From NCBI GenBank assembly GCA_004764695.1, contig SMSO01000037.1, positions 1,216,747 through 1,280,746 of the forward strand: a stretch of DNA of 64,000 nucleotides. The letters run 5' to 3'. Of the stretch, positions 63,313 through 64,000 are shown piece by piece. Under the pieces are notes generated by a model. The model saw only the letters and a list, made by a program, of their open reading frames with translations. It was not told where the DNA came from and did no database searches. This DNA comes from Schizochytrium sp. TIO01 (Eukaryota > Protista > Bigyra: Labyrinthulomycetes). Numbering within the stretch: the stretch's first letter is position 1; each line of letters starts with the position of its first letter. The position numbers and the translations under genes were made by a program.

Positions 63313-63948
63313 TTATGCAGCGCGAGGAATCCTTGGTTGTAAATGCAGAACTGTGGCTTCTTCTTCCTTTTCCTCTTTCTCTTCTACATGAACACTCACA
63401 ACTTGATGTAAGGGATTCGCCCTTGTCCTCTTGTCGTCGTTCGAAGTATGGTCCATATTGTGGGTATGGCGCTTTGCCTCGAGTTTCGCCTTGACGCGTC
63501 TTGCAAACTTTTGACCGAAACTCCGCTTCGCCACGTCCTCTATTTGACCCAGTAAAAACAGTGCAGCATCTTCACGATCATTTCTCACATCTTCATCGTA
63601 GAAAGCAACCCAACGAATGATGAGGTCTGCATCCAGATTGCATCGGAAGATGCTCTCTGTATCAAATATGCCATGTGCTACGGTCGCCATCTCTGCCAGC
63701 GAGCACAGCGCGGTCATGATGTAGCCGACGACTTTGTAAGCACCCTCGGCCAGCATGATGATGGTCACTATCGCCAACAGCACACCACTAAAGAGGAACA
63801 CGGATCCCAGACCAGGAGGGGGGTCGTCGCTAGAGCGATAAGCAGGAACGTAAAAAAAAATGGTCAGGAAGGCCATTCCCATGAGGAAAAAGATGACGGC
63901 AAATATCTCCCCGACCAGTGCTCCGACATTCGTCTGATTCCAATTCAC
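63313..63948 (-). CDS. Putative 3-TM membrane protein, probably the last exon of a gene whose start lies upstream
   Basis: 211-codon open frame with three hydrophobic segments and a charged tail. There is no ATG at the 5' end, and the frame is preceded by a pyrimidine-rich TCTCTCTTCAG acceptor-like site. Confidence 0.5.
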   Translation of the reverse strand: MNWNQTNVGALVGEIFAVIFFLMGMAFLTIFFYVPAYRSSDDPPPGLGSVFLFSGVLLAIVTIIMLAEGAYKVVGYIMTALCSLAEMATVAHGIFDTESIFRCNLDADLIIRWVAFYDEDVRNDREDAALFLLGQIEDVAKRSFGQKFARRVKAKLEAKRHTHNMDHTSNDDKRTRANPLHQVVSVHVEEKEEKEEEATVLHLQPRIPRAA

Positions 63949-64000
63949 TGAAGAGAGACCTACAAATGCATGGAGGACACTTTGCTTCAGGCGGTTGACC

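Noticed and set aside
1-64000. Transposon, integrated virus or prokaryotic operon
   Set aside because: No transposase, reverse transcriptase, integrase or capsid motifs, and no terminal repeats, were seen. The bacterial-like genes are isolated and sit among spliced eukaryotic genes.

Overview
This is eukaryotic, gene-dense, intron-poor nuclear DNA. It is most consistent with a stramenopile of the thraustochytrid/labyrinthulomycete type. That is an inference from a Sig1/Ocm1-type mastigoneme gene, GT-AG introns, an intron-containing tRNA-Tyr and microsatellite-rich intergenic DNA. About 20 protein genes are supported: a giant coiled-coil protein, an ankyrin protein, MYG1, a spliced Golgi-type GT60 GlcNAc-transferase, a PhyH dioxygenase, a 4-exon CFAP418/C8orf37, MAPEG, DUF1697, DinB-like, an OSCA/TMEM63 channel, VPS52, a PH-containing PI4K, a CAP-Gly-TPR-ankyrin protein, EDRF1, AFG2/SPATA5, a mastigoneme protein, a 4x Cys3His-repeat protein, mitochondrial TyrRS, a dynamin/Mx-like GTPase and a partial membrane protein. 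The most unusual locus is at 57-64 kb. An atypical dynamin-superfamily GTPase there has an HPD-less J-like N-terminus, an altered P-loop and a long C-terminal extension. Next to it lies a scrambled copy of itself: a diverged same-strand 3' fragment fused to an inverted, internally deleted 5'/middle fragment. That inverted fragment sits where the neighbouring gene's 3' end would transcribe it as antisense to the GTPase mRNA. Other candidates are a possible CUG-initiated mitochondrial MYG1 isoform, unusual domain fusions, and near-perfect strand alternation over the first 48 kb. All family assignments are from motif recognition by eye; no database searches were run.
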